Shown here piece by piece: positions 28,568 through 38,413 of a stretch of 64,000 bases of DNA. The stretch is from an uncultured Bacteroidales bacterium. Its GTDB lineage: Bacteria > Bacteroidota > Bacteroidia > Bacteroidales > WCHB1-69. Within the stretch, counting starts at the first letter, position 1. The number at the start of each line of letters is the position of its first letter. The notes under the pieces were generated by a model. It was not told the DNA's origin. It did not search any database and was given only the letters and a program-made list of their open reading frames with translations. The stretch is taken from contig CAJOFJ010000004.1 of the NCBI GenBank assembly GCA_905233625.1, forward strand, positions 3,130 to 67,129, given 5' to 3'. The position numbers and the translations under genes are program-made.

Positions 28568-30151
28568 ATGACACAAAACATACAACAAGAACTCGGCAAG
28601 ACCCTTTGGGGTATAGCGAACAACCTGCGCGGTGCAATGATGGCGGATGATTTTCGCGATTATATGCTGTCGTTCCTTTTTTGGAAGTACCTATCAGACA
28701 ACTATATAACATCAGCACAAAAAGAATTGGGCTCGGATTATACAGCCTTGCAAGTATGGTATAAAGGACATCCCAACGATACGCTGTTGTTTGAGCGACA
28801 AATGCGGCGCAAAATCCATTATGTAATAGAGCCTCAATATCTTTGGGACAACATTGTGGAACTTGCCCGCACGCAAAGCGATGATTTGCTTACCACTTTG
28901 CAAGAAGGCTTTAAATACATTGAAAACGAGTCGTTTGAAAGTTCGTTTAAGGGTTTGTTCTCCGAAATCAACCTGAATTCGGAGAAATTGGGTAAGAACT
29001 ATACCGAACGCAACGCACTTTTGTGCAAGGTCATCAAGACCATCGCCGACGGCCTTGCTGAAATTCCTTCGGATTCTGATGCCTTGGGCGATGCCTACGA
29101 GTACTTGATAGGTCAGTTTGCGGCAGGTTCGGGGCAAAAAGCAGGTGAGTTCTACACACCGCAAATGATTTCAACTATCCTTTCTCGTATCGTCACCCTC
29201 GACTGTCAAGACCCCACAACGGGCAAAAAGAAACGCATTGATAAAGTGCTCGACTTTGCTTGCGGTTCGGGCTCGTTGCTGCTGAATGTGCGCCGAGAAA
29301 TGAAAGACCATGCTATCGGCAAGATTTACGGTCAAGAGAAAAACATCACTACCTACAACCTTGCCCGAATGAACATGCTGCTGCATGGTGTGAAGGACAC
29401 AGAATTTGAAATCCACCACGGTGATTCGCTTGCCAATGATTGGGACATTCTCAACGAGCAGAATCCCGCCAAGAAGATGCAGTTTGACGCAGTGGTTGCC
29501 AATCCGCCTTTCAGTCTGCGCTGGGATCCGACGGAAGAAACCGCCAAAGATTTCCGTTTCAATCGCTATGGTGTGGCACCCAAGTCCGCCGCCGATTTTG
29601 CTTTCTTGTTGCATGGTTTCCACTTCTTGAGCGACAACGGCACGATGGCCATCATTTTGCCTCACGGCGTGTTGTTCCGTGGCGGCAAGGAAGAAGTCAT
29701 CCGCAAGAAACTGCTTGAAGACGACAACATTGACGCTGTCATCGGTCTGCCCGCCAACTTGTTCTATTCCACCGGCATTCCGGTATGCATCCTTGTGCTG
29801 AAGAAGTGTCGCAAGAACGACAAGATTCTGTTCATCAATGCTAGCGGAGAGGAGCATTACGAGAAAGGCAAACGCCAGAACTACCTTCGAGTCAAGAATG
29901 TGGATAAGATTGTGGAAACTTATCAATTCCGCAAAGAGGAACCGCGTTTCTCTCGCTTGGTTTCATTGGCGGAAATCAAGGAAAACGACTACAACCTCAA
30001 TATCACACGCTATGTCAACCTGTCGAAGGAAGAAGAACAGATTGACCTTGAAGTCGTTACCAAGCAACTGCATGAAACGGATGCAAAAATTGAGGAGTCA
30101 CGCGGTAAGCTCAATCTATTTTTGAAAGAGTTGGGTTTGAAGGAAATATAA
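28568..30151 (+). CDS. hsdM: Type I R-M methyltransferase subunit M
   Basis: LGDAYEYLIGQFAAGSGQKAGEFYTP, DFACGSGSLL, VANPPF, LPHGVLFRG, YNLNITRY. Confidence 0.96.
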   Translation: MTQNIQQELGKTLWGIANNLRGAMMADDFRDYMLSFLFWKYLSDNYITSAQKELGSDYTALQVWYKGHPNDTLLFERQMRRKIHYVIEPQYLWDNIVELARTQSDDLLTTLQEGFKYIENESFESSFKGLFSEINLNSEKLGKNYTERNALLCKVIKTIADGLAEIPSDSDALGDAYEYLIGQFAAGSGQKAGEFYTPQMISTILSRIVTLDCQDPTTGKKKRIDKVLDFACGSGSLLLNVRREMKDHAIGKIYGQEKNITTYNLARMNMLLHGVKDTEFEIHHGDSLANDWDILNEQNPAKKMQFDAVVANPPFSLRWDPTEETAKDFRFNRYGVAPKSAADFAFLLHGFHFLSDNGTMAIILPHGVLFRGGKEEVIRKKLLEDDNIDAVIGLPANLFYSTGIPVCILVLKKCRKNDKILFINASGEEHYEKGKRQNYLRVKNVDKIVETYQFRKEEPRFSRLVSLAEIKENDYNLNITRYVNLSKEEEQIDLEVVTKQLHETDAKIEESRGKLNLFLKELGLKEI

Positions 30152-30180
30152 AAATTCTATGCTTGTATCAAAAAAATTGT

Positions 30181-30188
30181 TACTTTTG
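30181..30188 (+). promoter_or_regulatory. -7 promoter element for the mutase gene
   Basis: TACTTTTG ~32 nt before ATG 30221. Confidence 0.55.
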
Positions 30189-30220
30189 CAGTTTCAAACT
30201 TATAGTTAAAAAAACTGATT

Positions 30221-32365
30221 ATGCGTCCTGATTTCAGTAATGTAAACTTCAAACAAAAGAAGCAAAACGAGCAGAGTTTTGCCGAATGGGCCAAAGAAAA
30301 CAACATCGACACCAGCTGGCTGACCACGGAACAGATTCCCGTCAAGCCAGTATATGGGAAAGAGGATTTGGAAGGCATGGAGCACCTCAACTATGCCGCC
30401 GGCATCGCCCCCTACCTCCGTGGACCTTACTCCACCATGTATGTAATGCGTCCATGGACGATCCGTCAATACGCCGGATTCTCCACCGCTGAAGAAAGTA
30501 ACGCTTTCTATCGCCGTAACATCGCCGCTGGCCAGAAAGGTCTGTCTGTGGCCTTCGACTTGGCCACCCACCGTGGCTACGACGCCGACCACGAGCGTGT
30601 TATGGGCGACGTGGGTAAGGCTGGTGTGAGCATCTGCTCTGTCGAAGACATGAAAGTTCTGTTCGACCAGATTCCTTTGAACAAAATGTCTGTTTCCATG
30701 ACCATGAACGGTGCTGTTTTGCCAGTTTTGGCTTTCTACATCGTCGCCGCTTTGGAGCAAGGTGCCAAATACGAAGAATTGCAAGGTACCATCCAGAACG
30801 ACATTTTGAAAGAATTCATGGTTCGTAACACCTATATTTATCCGCCTGAACATTCGATGCGCATTATCGCCGATATTTTTGAGTTCACCTCACAAAATAT
30901 GCCGAAATTCAACAGCATCTCAATTTCAGGCTATCACATGCAGGAAGCAGGTGCCACTTCCGACATTGAAATGGCATACACCTTAGCCGACGGCTGGGAT
31001 TACCTGCGTACCGGTGTCAAAGCCGGCTTGGACGTTGACGCTTTCGCACCGCGTCTGTCATTTTTCTGGTGCTCAGGCATGAACCACTTCATGGAAATTG
31101 CCAAGATGCGTGCCGCCCGTATGCTGTGGGCTAAGATCGTCAAGACCTTCAACCCGAAGAATGCCAAATCATTGGCTTTGCGTACGCACACACAGACTTC
31201 AGGATGGAGCCTCACCGAGCAGGATCCGTTCAACAACGTGGCCCGTACTTGCATTGAAGCCATGGGCGCCGCATTAGGACACACCCAGTCACTACACACC
31301 AACGCTTTGGATGAAGCTATCGCATTGCCTACCGACTTCTCCGCACGTATTGCCCGTAACACCCAGATTTATATCCAGGAAGAGACCAACGTTTGCCGTG
31401 TGGTTGACCCGTGGGCTGGTTCCTATTATGTGGAAACCCTCACCCACGCACTGGCACACCGTGCCTGGGGTCATATCCAGGAAGTGGAAGCCCTGGGTGG
31501 CATGGCCAAAGCCATTGAAACCGGTATTCCGAAGATGAGAATCGAGGAAGCCGCTGCCAGAAAGCAGGCCAAAATCGACTCAGGCATCGAATCTATCGTG
31601 GGTGTCAACAAATACCGTTTGGACAAGGAAGACCCGATTGAGACTTTGGAAGTGGACAACACCGCTGTGCGTGAAGCCCAGATCAAGCGTCTGGCCAAGC
31701 TGAGAGCCGAACGTAACAACGACGAGGTTCAGGCATGCTTGGAAGCCATTACCCGCTGCGCCGAGACCGGCGAGGGAAATCTGCTGGAATTATCAGTGGA
31801 TGCCGCCAAAAAGCGCGCTTCTTTGGGTGAGATTTCCTACGCCATGGAAAAAGTTTTCGGAAGATATAAAGCAAAAATCAATTTAATTACAGGCGTGTAC
31901 AGTTCAGAACAAAAAGAAAACAACAGCTTCAAGAAAGCTTGCGAGATGGCCGACGAATTTGCCAAGAAGGAAGGCCGTCGCCCGCGTATCATGGTTGCCA
32001 AAATGGGCCAGGACGGTCACGACCGTGGCGCCAAAGTGGTTTCCACCGGTTATGCCGATATCGGCTTCGACGTGGACATGGGACCCTTGTTCCAGACTCC
32101 GGAAGAAGCTGCCAAACAGGCTGTTGAGAACGACGTTCACGTATTGGGCGTTTCCTCATTGGCTGCGGGTCACAAGACCTTGGTTCCCCAAGTGATTGAA
32201 GAACTGAAAAAACTGGGCCGCGAGGACATCATCGTGGTCGTGGGTGGCGTTATCCCGCCACAGGACTACGACTTCCTGTACAAAGCCGGTGCCGCCGCCA
32301 TTTTCGGCCCGGGCTCTGTCATCAGCGATTGTGCCATCAAAATCCTGGAAATTCTGATGAATTAA
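30221..32365 (+). CDS. scpA: Methylmalonyl-CoA mutase, large (catalytic) subunit
   Basis: [35 protein letters not shown]12-binding MGQDGHDRG. Confidence 0.96.
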   Translation: MRPDFSNVNFKQKKQNEQSFAEWAKENNIDTSWLTTEQIPVKPVYGKEDLEGMEHLNYAAGIAPYLRGPYSTMYVMRPWTIRQYAGFSTAEESNAFYRRNIAAGQKGLSVAFDLATHRGYDADHERVMGDVGKAGVSICSVEDMKVLFDQIPLNKMSVSMTMNGAVLPVLAFYIVAALEQGAKYEELQGTIQNDILKEFMVRNTYIYPPEHSMRIIADIFEFTSQNMPKFNSISISGYHMQEAGATSDIEMAYTLADGWDYLRTGVKAGLDVDAFAPRLSFFWCSGMNHFMEIAKMRAARMLWAKIVKTFNPKNAKSLALRTHTQTSGWSLTEQDPFNNVARTCIEAMGAALGHTQSLHTNALDEAIALPTDFSARIARNTQIYIQEETNVCRVVDPWAGSYYVETLTHALAHRAWGHIQEVEALGGMAKAIETGIPKMRIEEAAARKQAKIDSGIESIVGVNKYRLDKEDPIETLEVDNTAVREAQIKRLAKLRAERNNDEVQACLEAITRCAETGEGNLLELSVDAAKKRASLGEISYAMEKVFGRYKAKINLITGVYSSEQKENNSFKKACEMADEFAKKEGRRPRIMVAKMGQDGHDRGAKVVSTGYADIGFDVDMGPLFQTPEEAAKQAVENDVHVLGVSSLAAGHKTLVPQVIEELKKLGREDIIVVVGGVIPPQDYDFLYKAGAAAIFGPGSVISDCAIKILEILMN

Positions 32366-32369
32366 GCAG

Positions 32370-33302
32370 ATGATACGCTTTTTGGAGCATTCGGAAATCG
32401 ACAAAGATAAGTGGAATAAGACTGCCACTGAGGCATTGAATCCCACTATTTTTGTCGATTTTGATTTTCTTTCCATCGGCTGCCCCAACTGGTGCGCCCT
32501 GGTGGAGGATGATTATCAAAGCATAATGCCTTTGCCGGTGCGCTCGAAACTGTCCATCAAGTACATCTTCACCCCCTTCTTTTACAACCGGATGGGAATT
32601 TTCTCAAGAAAAGAAATCAGTCCCGGACTCGTCAAAGAATTCATCAATGCCATTCCGCGCAAATACAAGCAGATTGACCTTTTTCTCAACGAAAACAATC
32701 CCTGCGAACTTGTTGACACAAAGACTGTTACAATGATTTCACATCGCATGGGACTGAACCGCCCCTATGAAACCATTTCACATCAATACTCGCAGAACAC
32801 CATCCGTAATATCAAATCCGCACAGAAACAGGGACTTCAATACATTGAAAACGCCTCCATCAAGGAGATTATCCGGCTTTTTCAGCAAAACAGGGGCAAA
32901 CGTAAAGCGGTGCATTACAAAAAAAGAGACTATTATACCCTGATGAAAATGGCTCACCATGCCAATAATCAGGGTATTTTGGACACAGTTGGCGTGATAA
33001 GCGAAGGAAAAATGATTGCCGGTGCGCTGTTCCTGAAAGACTTTGACAAAAGCTGGTTCTGGTTTTCAGGACGGGACAATGCACAGGCCGACAAGAAAGC
33101 CATGTTTTTCCTGATGAACGAATACGTCCGCCGTCATGCGGAACAGCAACACATTTTGGACTTCAACGGCTCGATGAACGAGAATGTGGCCAGGCTGTAC
33201 AAAGGCTTCGGTGGAATTCCTTACACTTTCAACATGCTGCACTTCACCCGGGATTTTTACTTGGGAGGGCTGATCAGATTGTATAAGGCGATAAAAAGTT
33301 GA
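32370..33302 (+). CDS. GNAT/FemAB-like acyltransferase-fold hypothetical protein
   Basis: EIDKDKWN start, YSQNTIRNIKSA, LDFNGSMNENVARLYKGFGG, typical of FemAB-like GNAT proteins. Confidence 0.65.
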   Translation: MIRFLEHSEIDKDKWNKTATEALNPTIFVDFDFLSIGCPNWCALVEDDYQSIMPLPVRSKLSIKYIFTPFFYNRMGIFSRKEISPGLVKEFINAIPRKYKQIDLFLNENNPCELVDTKTVTMISHRMGLNRPYETISHQYSQNTIRNIKSAQKQGLQYIENASIKEIIRLFQQNRGKRKAVHYKKRDYYTLMKMAHHANNQGILDTVGVISEGKMIAGALFLKDFDKSWFWFSGRDNAQADKKAMFFLMNEYVRRHAEQQHILDFNGSMNENVARLYKGFGGIPYTFNMLHFTRDFYLGGLIRLYKAIKS

Positions 33303-33660
33303 AAACTGAAAATTGAAAACTGAAAGTTAGAAGTTAAGGATTAAAAGCTGTGGGCGATGCGATGGGCAATGAGCGATGAGCGATGAGCGATGAGCAATGA
33401 GCGATGGGCGATGGGCTGTGAGCTAAGAATTAAGAATTAAGAATTAAGAACTAAGAATTGAGAACTAAGGATTGCGTGTTGAGAACATTTAAACTCCCCT
33501 CGAGCGTAGCGAGACTCCCCTTGAGCACGAAACACAAGACTCCCAATAACCATTAAACACTAAACTCTAAACAATTCAACTCTATACTCTAAGCTCATAC
33601 CCCACAGCTCACAGCTCATAGCTCAAAAACATTAAACCATAAACTCTAAACAATTCAACA
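33296..33660. repeat. Composite heptamer tandem-repeat region with inverted arms
   Basis: Blocks (AA[C/T]TGAA)n, (GCGATGA)n, (ATTAAGA)n, a central ACTCCC triplet, (AAACTCT)n, (AGCTCAC/T)n, and duplicated AAACTCTAAACAATTCAAC. Confidence 0.85.
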
Positions 33661-33662
33661 TT

Positions 33663-34325
33663 ATGAAACCCCTCAGAAACTTAGGATTAGAAAATTCCAT
33701 TTTCAACCATTTCATTGCGGAAATTAGAAGCGAGAACGCTCAACAGGACAGTATGCGATTCAGAAGAAATCTGGAACGTTTAGGCGAGATTTTCGCTTAC
33801 GAAATCAGCAAGCAGATGGACTACGAAAAGCGTGAAGTCCCTACTCCGCTTGGCATAGCCAATATGAATTTGCTCAAGGAGAAACCCGTTTTAGCCACGA
33901 TTTTGCGGGCTGGACTCCCCTTCCATCAAGGATTACTCAACTACTTTGACGACTCTGAAAACGCCTTTATCTCGGCTTTCCGGAAACATTACCGCGACGG
34001 CTCCTTCGAAATCCAAGTAGATTACATGTCGGCTCCCAATTTGGAGGACCGTACATTGATTATCGCCGACTCGATGTTGGCGACAGGGCAATCCATGATT
34101 TTAGCCTATGAAGAACTCCTCAATAACGGCAACCCCAGGCACACGCACATTGTATGCGCCATCGCTTCCGCCCAGGGCATTGAGTATTTGCAGAAAAATC
34201 TCTCACCCCGTAAATGCACCATTTGGGTGGGGGCCGTGGATGACGAACTGACTGCCAATTCTTTTATCGTACCTGGTTTGGGTGATGCCGGAGATTTGGC
34301 TTACGGCAAAAAATTGAACGATTAA
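33663..34325 (+). CDS. upp: Uracil phosphoribosyltransferase
   Basis: RFRRNLERLGEI, TILRAGLP, ADSMLATGQS, IVPGLGDAGDLAYG. Confidence 0.95.
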   Translation: MKPLRNLGLENSIFNHFIAEIRSENAQQDSMRFRRNLERLGEIFAYEISKQMDYEKREVPTPLGIANMNLLKEKPVLATILRAGLPFHQGLLNYFDDSENAFISAFRKHYRDGSFEIQVDYMSAPNLEDRTLIIADSMLATGQSMILAYEELLNNGNPRHTHIVCAIASAQGIEYLQKNLSPRKCTIWVGAVDDELTANSFIVPGLGDAGDLAYGKKLND

Positions 34326-34475
34326 CTTCCATTTTGACTCACATTTAGACGAATAAAAGAGAGAAAATCGCCTTGTCTTGATTCAATCAATAAAATTTAA
34401 ATTACTGAATATCAGTTATTTATATTGATTTCGAAAAATTTTTCTGAAAATTATAGTATAGATTGATTTTTTTTG

Positions 34476-34483
34476 TATTTTTG
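34476..34483 (+). promoter_or_regulatory. -7 promoter element for tRNA-Phe
   Basis: TATTTTTG 17 nt upstream of the tRNA. Confidence 0.6.
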
Positions 34484-34500
34484 CAACTCCAAAAACAGCT

Positions 34501-34573
<73 letters not shown>

Positions 34574-34581
34574 CATTTTTT

Positions 34582-34616
34582 AACGTGTCAAATACCTGTT
34601 TGACACGTTTTTTTTT
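34582..34616 (+). terminator. Intrinsic terminator after tRNA-Phe
   Basis: AACGTGTCAAA-tacctg-TTTGACACGTT followed by a T run. Confidence 0.85.
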
Positions 34617-34665
34617 GCCCCATGTGAAGGTCCCTATATAGTTTTTTTCCAAAAGCGGCAGAGCA

Positions 34666-34714
34666 CATTGACATCCAGAGACGGGTCCATTGATATTTAG
34701 AGACGGTGCATGAC
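34666..34714. repeat. 22-bp imperfect direct repeat x2 plus a partial third
   Basis: CATTGACATCCAGAGACGG at 34666 and CATTGATATTTAGAGACGG at 34688. Confidence 0.55.
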
Positions 34715-34765
34715 CTGTCTTGCAAAAAAAGTTATATATATACTTTGTATGTCAAGATTTTTGTG

Positions 34766-34773
34766 TAAATTTG
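34766..34773 (+). promoter_or_regulatory. -7 promoter element
   Basis: TAAATTTG upstream of 34896. Confidence 0.45.
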
Positions 34774-34895
34774 CCGTTTGTAAAAAAAAATTACATATAA
34801 GTGTAACGTTTTGACGTTTTAAAGCGTCATTGATAATGAAAGGAAAACAAAAACAAAACATATAAATTTGATAACATATTAAAAATTAGACAGAT

Positions 34896-35348
34896 ATGAA
34901 AAAACTGATTTTATTTGCAATGGCTTTATTTCTTCTATTTGGAGCCTATTCACAGCAAACAAAGAAAGAAATCAAAGTTGATCCGCGTCTCACAGAGATA
35001 TTGGGTGCTGACAAAGTCAACGATTTAAAGGCCAATAATCCGAAGCAATTACTGATTGAGCACATTAATTTGAACTACTATTGCTTTATTGCCTTGAAAA
35101 TGTCAGAGGTAGAAGGCACTTTCATTATGAAAGATGATTTGAAAAACCATGTAAAAGATGGTAAAAGCTGTAATTACCAAGAAATTATCAACAGCGGAGC
35201 CATCAACAGATATGATTTCGACTTGGAGCAACATGCGATTTTGAACACCATCTACCCCTTGGGCAATACCGGGGCCTACATCATCGTGACCTCCAAACAA
35301 CGGTTTGAAGAACAGAAACGAGCTTTGTTGTCTGAATACGGATTTTAA
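34896..35348 (+). CDS. Secreted hypothetical protein
   Basis: MKKLILFAMALFLLFGAYS signal peptide; 30-bp gap to the next gene. Confidence 0.75.
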   Translation: MKKLILFAMALFLLFGAYSQQTKKEIKVDPRLTEILGADKVNDLKANNPKQLLIEHINLNYYCFIALKMSEVEGTFIMKDDLKNHVKDGKSCNYQEIINSGAINRYDFDLEQHAILNTIYPLGNTGAYIIVTSKQRFEEQKRALLSEYGF

Positions 35349-35378
35349 TCAAGGAAATAACAATAAAAACATAGAACA

Positions 35379-38252
35379 ATGAAAAGAATTATCACCCTAT
35401 TAGCCCTTATCGTATGTGGGCTTATCGGTACAATTTCTGCACAGACCGTGGTTACCATGGGCGGCACCACCACCGATGTCACAGGTTGCGATTTCGTTAT
35501 TTACGACCATGGTGGTCTCCAAGGAGATTATGGTCCCAACCGTAATGACTTGTTGACTATCCACTCCAATAATCCCAACGCAGCTTGCGTACAGATATTT
35601 GTCATCACCTTGGATTTTGACATCCATCCCAGTGATACCCTGTACATCTACGATGGTCTTACCCCTGATGACTCTCTGTTGATTGGGGCCATAAACAACG
35701 ATGTCATGTATGGTGTTACCGCCACCAATGTCGCCTTTACCGCCACGGTAAACAATCCGTCAGGTGCCATTACCCTGAGATTTGTTTCAGATGCGGATTC
35801 TGTTGGTTCTGGTTATGTTATCCACACAGGTTGTGTGGCGCCCTGCCAACGTGTTAGCTTAGAGATCGACTCCGTGCTGTCCTCCCATTATCCGCACTTG
35901 GCTGAAGACGGCTTCTATTATGTGGATTTATGTGAAAAAGACACCCTGCACATGGTGGTTCACGGAGTTTATCAGGACAATGACTTCAGCTATCATCAGA
36001 GCGACGACAACACAACATTCTCTTGGGATTTGGGAATTGAAACCTTGGAAGGTGTAGGTATGACGACACTGGATTACTATTTTGAGACTGGCCGCGGCTA
36101 TGATATTGCCATTTCCAATGAGGACAGTGCTGGATGTATCAACTATATGCCTACTATTTTCAGAATCAGGACCTCGCAAAATCCTATTCGTAAAGTGTCA
36201 CAACTGCCAGCGATGTGTACGGGAGACGAAATCACGATTTCCTCAACCTATTCTAATCTTTCCGTCATCCAGGTGGACTCTGTATTCAGTGAACAGCTGA
36301 CCACCCTGAAAGTAACAGACACCATCTTCCTTCCCGACGGATTGGATTGCGGTAATGGTTGTGCTTATACATCTTCTGTCACTTTCACAGCATTTGCCCC
36401 ATCAGCTACCATACAGAGTGCCGATGACATTCTGTATGTGCGTGTGAAACTGGAACATTCATACATTGGCGATATTTACATTGCACTGACCTGTCCTAAT
36501 GGACAAAGTGTAAAGATCATGAATAAATACGGAACCAGCGGTTCCGCCAACTGCGCCAACCAGATTCCCACACCCTGGGGATGGCAAGTTTCCTCAGGCG
36601 TGTCTACCGGTGCCTATTTCGGAGATGCACATGATGGGGAACAAAGCGATGATGACTGTAATCCCAATGCATCAGGCAATGTAATGGGAACCCCATGGAA
36701 TTATTGTTGGTCTAACAACACCAACCCCCAATATGGTTACCAATATGCCAGTGGACAAGGCTACGTATATGAATCCGTCAATATCCATAATAACAAAGTT
36801 GATTCCACCAACACTATCAATATGACCCAAGTATATCATCCAGACCAATCTTTCTCCCAACTTATCGGCTGTCCGATGAACGGCACATGGTCCATCAAGG
36901 TTATTGACGGATGGAATGTCGATAACGGATGGCTCACTGAATGGGAAATGGCACTGGATCCCTCTTTGCTGCCGCAAGACTGGTCTTACTCCGTTCACCC
37001 CGACACCATGTGGGTAACTGGTCCTGGTGCAAACGGAGCCTACATTATCCCCGACAGCAGTGGATTTATCAACTACACTGCCCATGTAATGGATGAATTC
37101 GGCTGTGTTTATGATACTTTATTAAATATTGAAGTAGTTGAAAGACCCCATCCCGACCTTGGTCCTGACATTGCTATCTGCCACGGTACCCTCTATGAGT
37201 TGGATTCCCACTATGACGATCCCCAGAGCACAGTTTATTGGAACACTGGTGAACATACTCCCTCTATCTTCTTAACCTCCGCTGGTGATTACTCAGTTCG
37301 TGTATCCTATACTAATGCGGATGGACTTACTTGCGTGGGTAGCGACACGGTCAATATTTATGTTTCACCTAAACCCAAACCCGCTTTCACAGCTTCCGAC
37401 ACTTCTGGTTGTGCACCCTTATCCATCCATTTTAACAATACCAGCATTGCCAATGATACTATGGGCATGAATTTCCGATGGATCATTTATGATGAATATA
37501 ACAATATCGTACAAACTTCGGACAAAGCATATCCCGATTTACAGTTTGACAATCCGGGAGTTTATACGGTCAAATTAATTGTAACCACCGTAGAAGGTTG
37601 TACTGATTCCCTCACCAAAGACAATTACCTCACTATCAACTACCAGCCCACAGCAGAATTCGACGCTTTGCCAGAAGTTTCCTTGTGGTCTGAAACCGAT
37701 GGTTCTATCTTCTTCAGCGTACAAGGCGACACCCTGAGTTTCGGAGAAGACATGAGCTTTATGTGGGACTTCGGTGATGGCAGTGTTGACTCCTCCAGTT
37801 ATGCTCTTGAACATACCTATTCCAGCTGGGGAGACTATGACGTAACACTTTCCATGTTTACGCCTGAGGGCTGTAACAGCAGTATCACCCATACGGTAAC
37901 CCTCGAAGCCGACCTCGTATTCCCCAATGTCATCACCCCCAATGGTGACGGAGTAAATGATGTGTTCGCCATCGGCAACCTCAACACCTCCATGGATGAA
38001 TATGACCCCGACAAGTACAGAAGTAACGAACTGACCATCTATGACCGCTGGGGTAAACAAGTGTATCATGCCCTCAATTACGACACTTTCATAGATATGA
38101 CTGGTGAAAGAGGTAATGATATTATTGTCGGAGACCAAGTGTTTGATGCCACCAAAGTCACTGATGGAACCTATTTCTATACTTTCTATTACAAAGGAAA
38201 ATTCAAAACTGTAAACTACCATGGCACCCTGCAAATTATCAGAGACCGGTAG
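35379..38252 (+). CDS. Large T9SS-secreted protein (CUB-like, P-domain-like, PKD repeats, gliding-motility-associated/type B CTD), paralog 1
   Basis: Signal peptide; YDHGGLQGDY, LEHSYIGDIYIALTCPNG, WDFGDG, FPNVITPNGDGVNDVF...IYDRWGK...DGTYFY. Confidence 0.85.
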   Translation: MKRIITLLALIVCGLIGTISAQTVVTMGGTTTDVTGCDFVIYDHGGLQGDYGPNRNDLLTIHSNNPNAACVQIFVITLDFDIHPSDTLYIYDGLTPDDSLLIGAINNDVMYGVTATNVAFTATVNNPSGAITLRFVSDADSVGSGYVIHTGCVAPCQRVSLEIDSVLSSHYPHLAEDGFYYVDLCEKDTLHMVVHGVYQDNDFSYHQSDDNTTFSWDLGIETLEGVGMTTLDYYFETGRGYDIAISNEDSAGCINYMPTIFRIRTSQNPIRKVSQLPAMCTGDEITISSTYSNLSVIQVDSVFSEQLTTLKVTDTIFLPDGLDCGNGCAYTSSVTFTAFAPSATIQSADDILYVRVKLEHSYIGDIYIALTCPNGQSVKIMNKYGTSGSANCANQIPTPWGWQVSSGVSTGAYFGDAHDGEQSDDDCNPNASGNVMGTPWNYCWSNNTNPQYGYQYASGQGYVYESVNIHNNKVDSTNTINMTQVYHPDQSFSQLIGCPMNGTWSIKVIDGWNVDNGWLTEWEMALDPSLLPQDWSYSVHPDTMWVTGPGANGAYIIPDSSGFINYTAHVMDEFGCVYDTLLNIEVVERPHPDLGPDIAICHGTLYELDSHYDDPQSTVYWNTGEHTPSIFLTSAGDYSVRVSYTNADGLTCVGSDTVNIYVSPKPKPAFTASDTSGCAPLSIHFNNTSIANDTMGMNFRWIIYDEYNNIVQTSDKAYPDLQFDNPGVYTVKLIVTTVEGCTDSLTKDNYLTINYQPTAEFDALPEVSLWSETDGSIFFSVQGDTLSFGEDMSFMWDFGDGSVDSSSYALEHTYSSWGDYDVTLSMFTPEGCNSSITHTVTLEADLVFPNVITPNGDGVNDVFAIGNLNTSMDEYDPDKYRSNELTIYDRWGKQVYHALNYDTFIDMTGERGNDIIVGDQVFDATKVTDGTYFYTFYYKGKFKTVNYHGTLQIIRDR

Positions 38253-38270
38253 TAACATAATGAAGAAAAT

Positions 38271-38305
38271 AAAAAGGGGGTGTTTATCAAAACACCCTTT
38301 TTTTT
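38271..38305 (+). terminator. Intrinsic terminator
   Basis: GGGTGTTT/AAACACCC stem flanked by A and T runs. Confidence 0.75.
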
Positions 38306-38367
38306 AAAGTAATAAAGACCCAACATGTTTTTGGGGGAGAGGAATTCAAGCCATTACAAATATTTTG

Positions 38368-38375
38368 TATCTTTG
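38368..38375 (+). promoter_or_regulatory. -7 promoter element for paralog 2
   Basis: TATCTTTG ~38 nt before ATG 38414. Confidence 0.55.
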
Positions 38376-38413
38376 CATGATGGATATTTCAAACAAAAAA
38401 AGACTATGATAAG

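Noticed and set aside
21200-30220. Integrative element or prophage boundaries around the R-M locus
   Set aside because: No integrase or transposase and no flanking direct repeats that I could find
33296-33660. Possible CRISPR array or coding low-complexity ORF
   Set aside because: Units are 7-mers without unique spacers and no credible ORF spans the region
34403-34424. ACTGAATATCAGT palindrome as a recombinase or regulator site
   Set aside because: Single short palindrome in AT-rich DNA with no supporting recombinase; too weak to call
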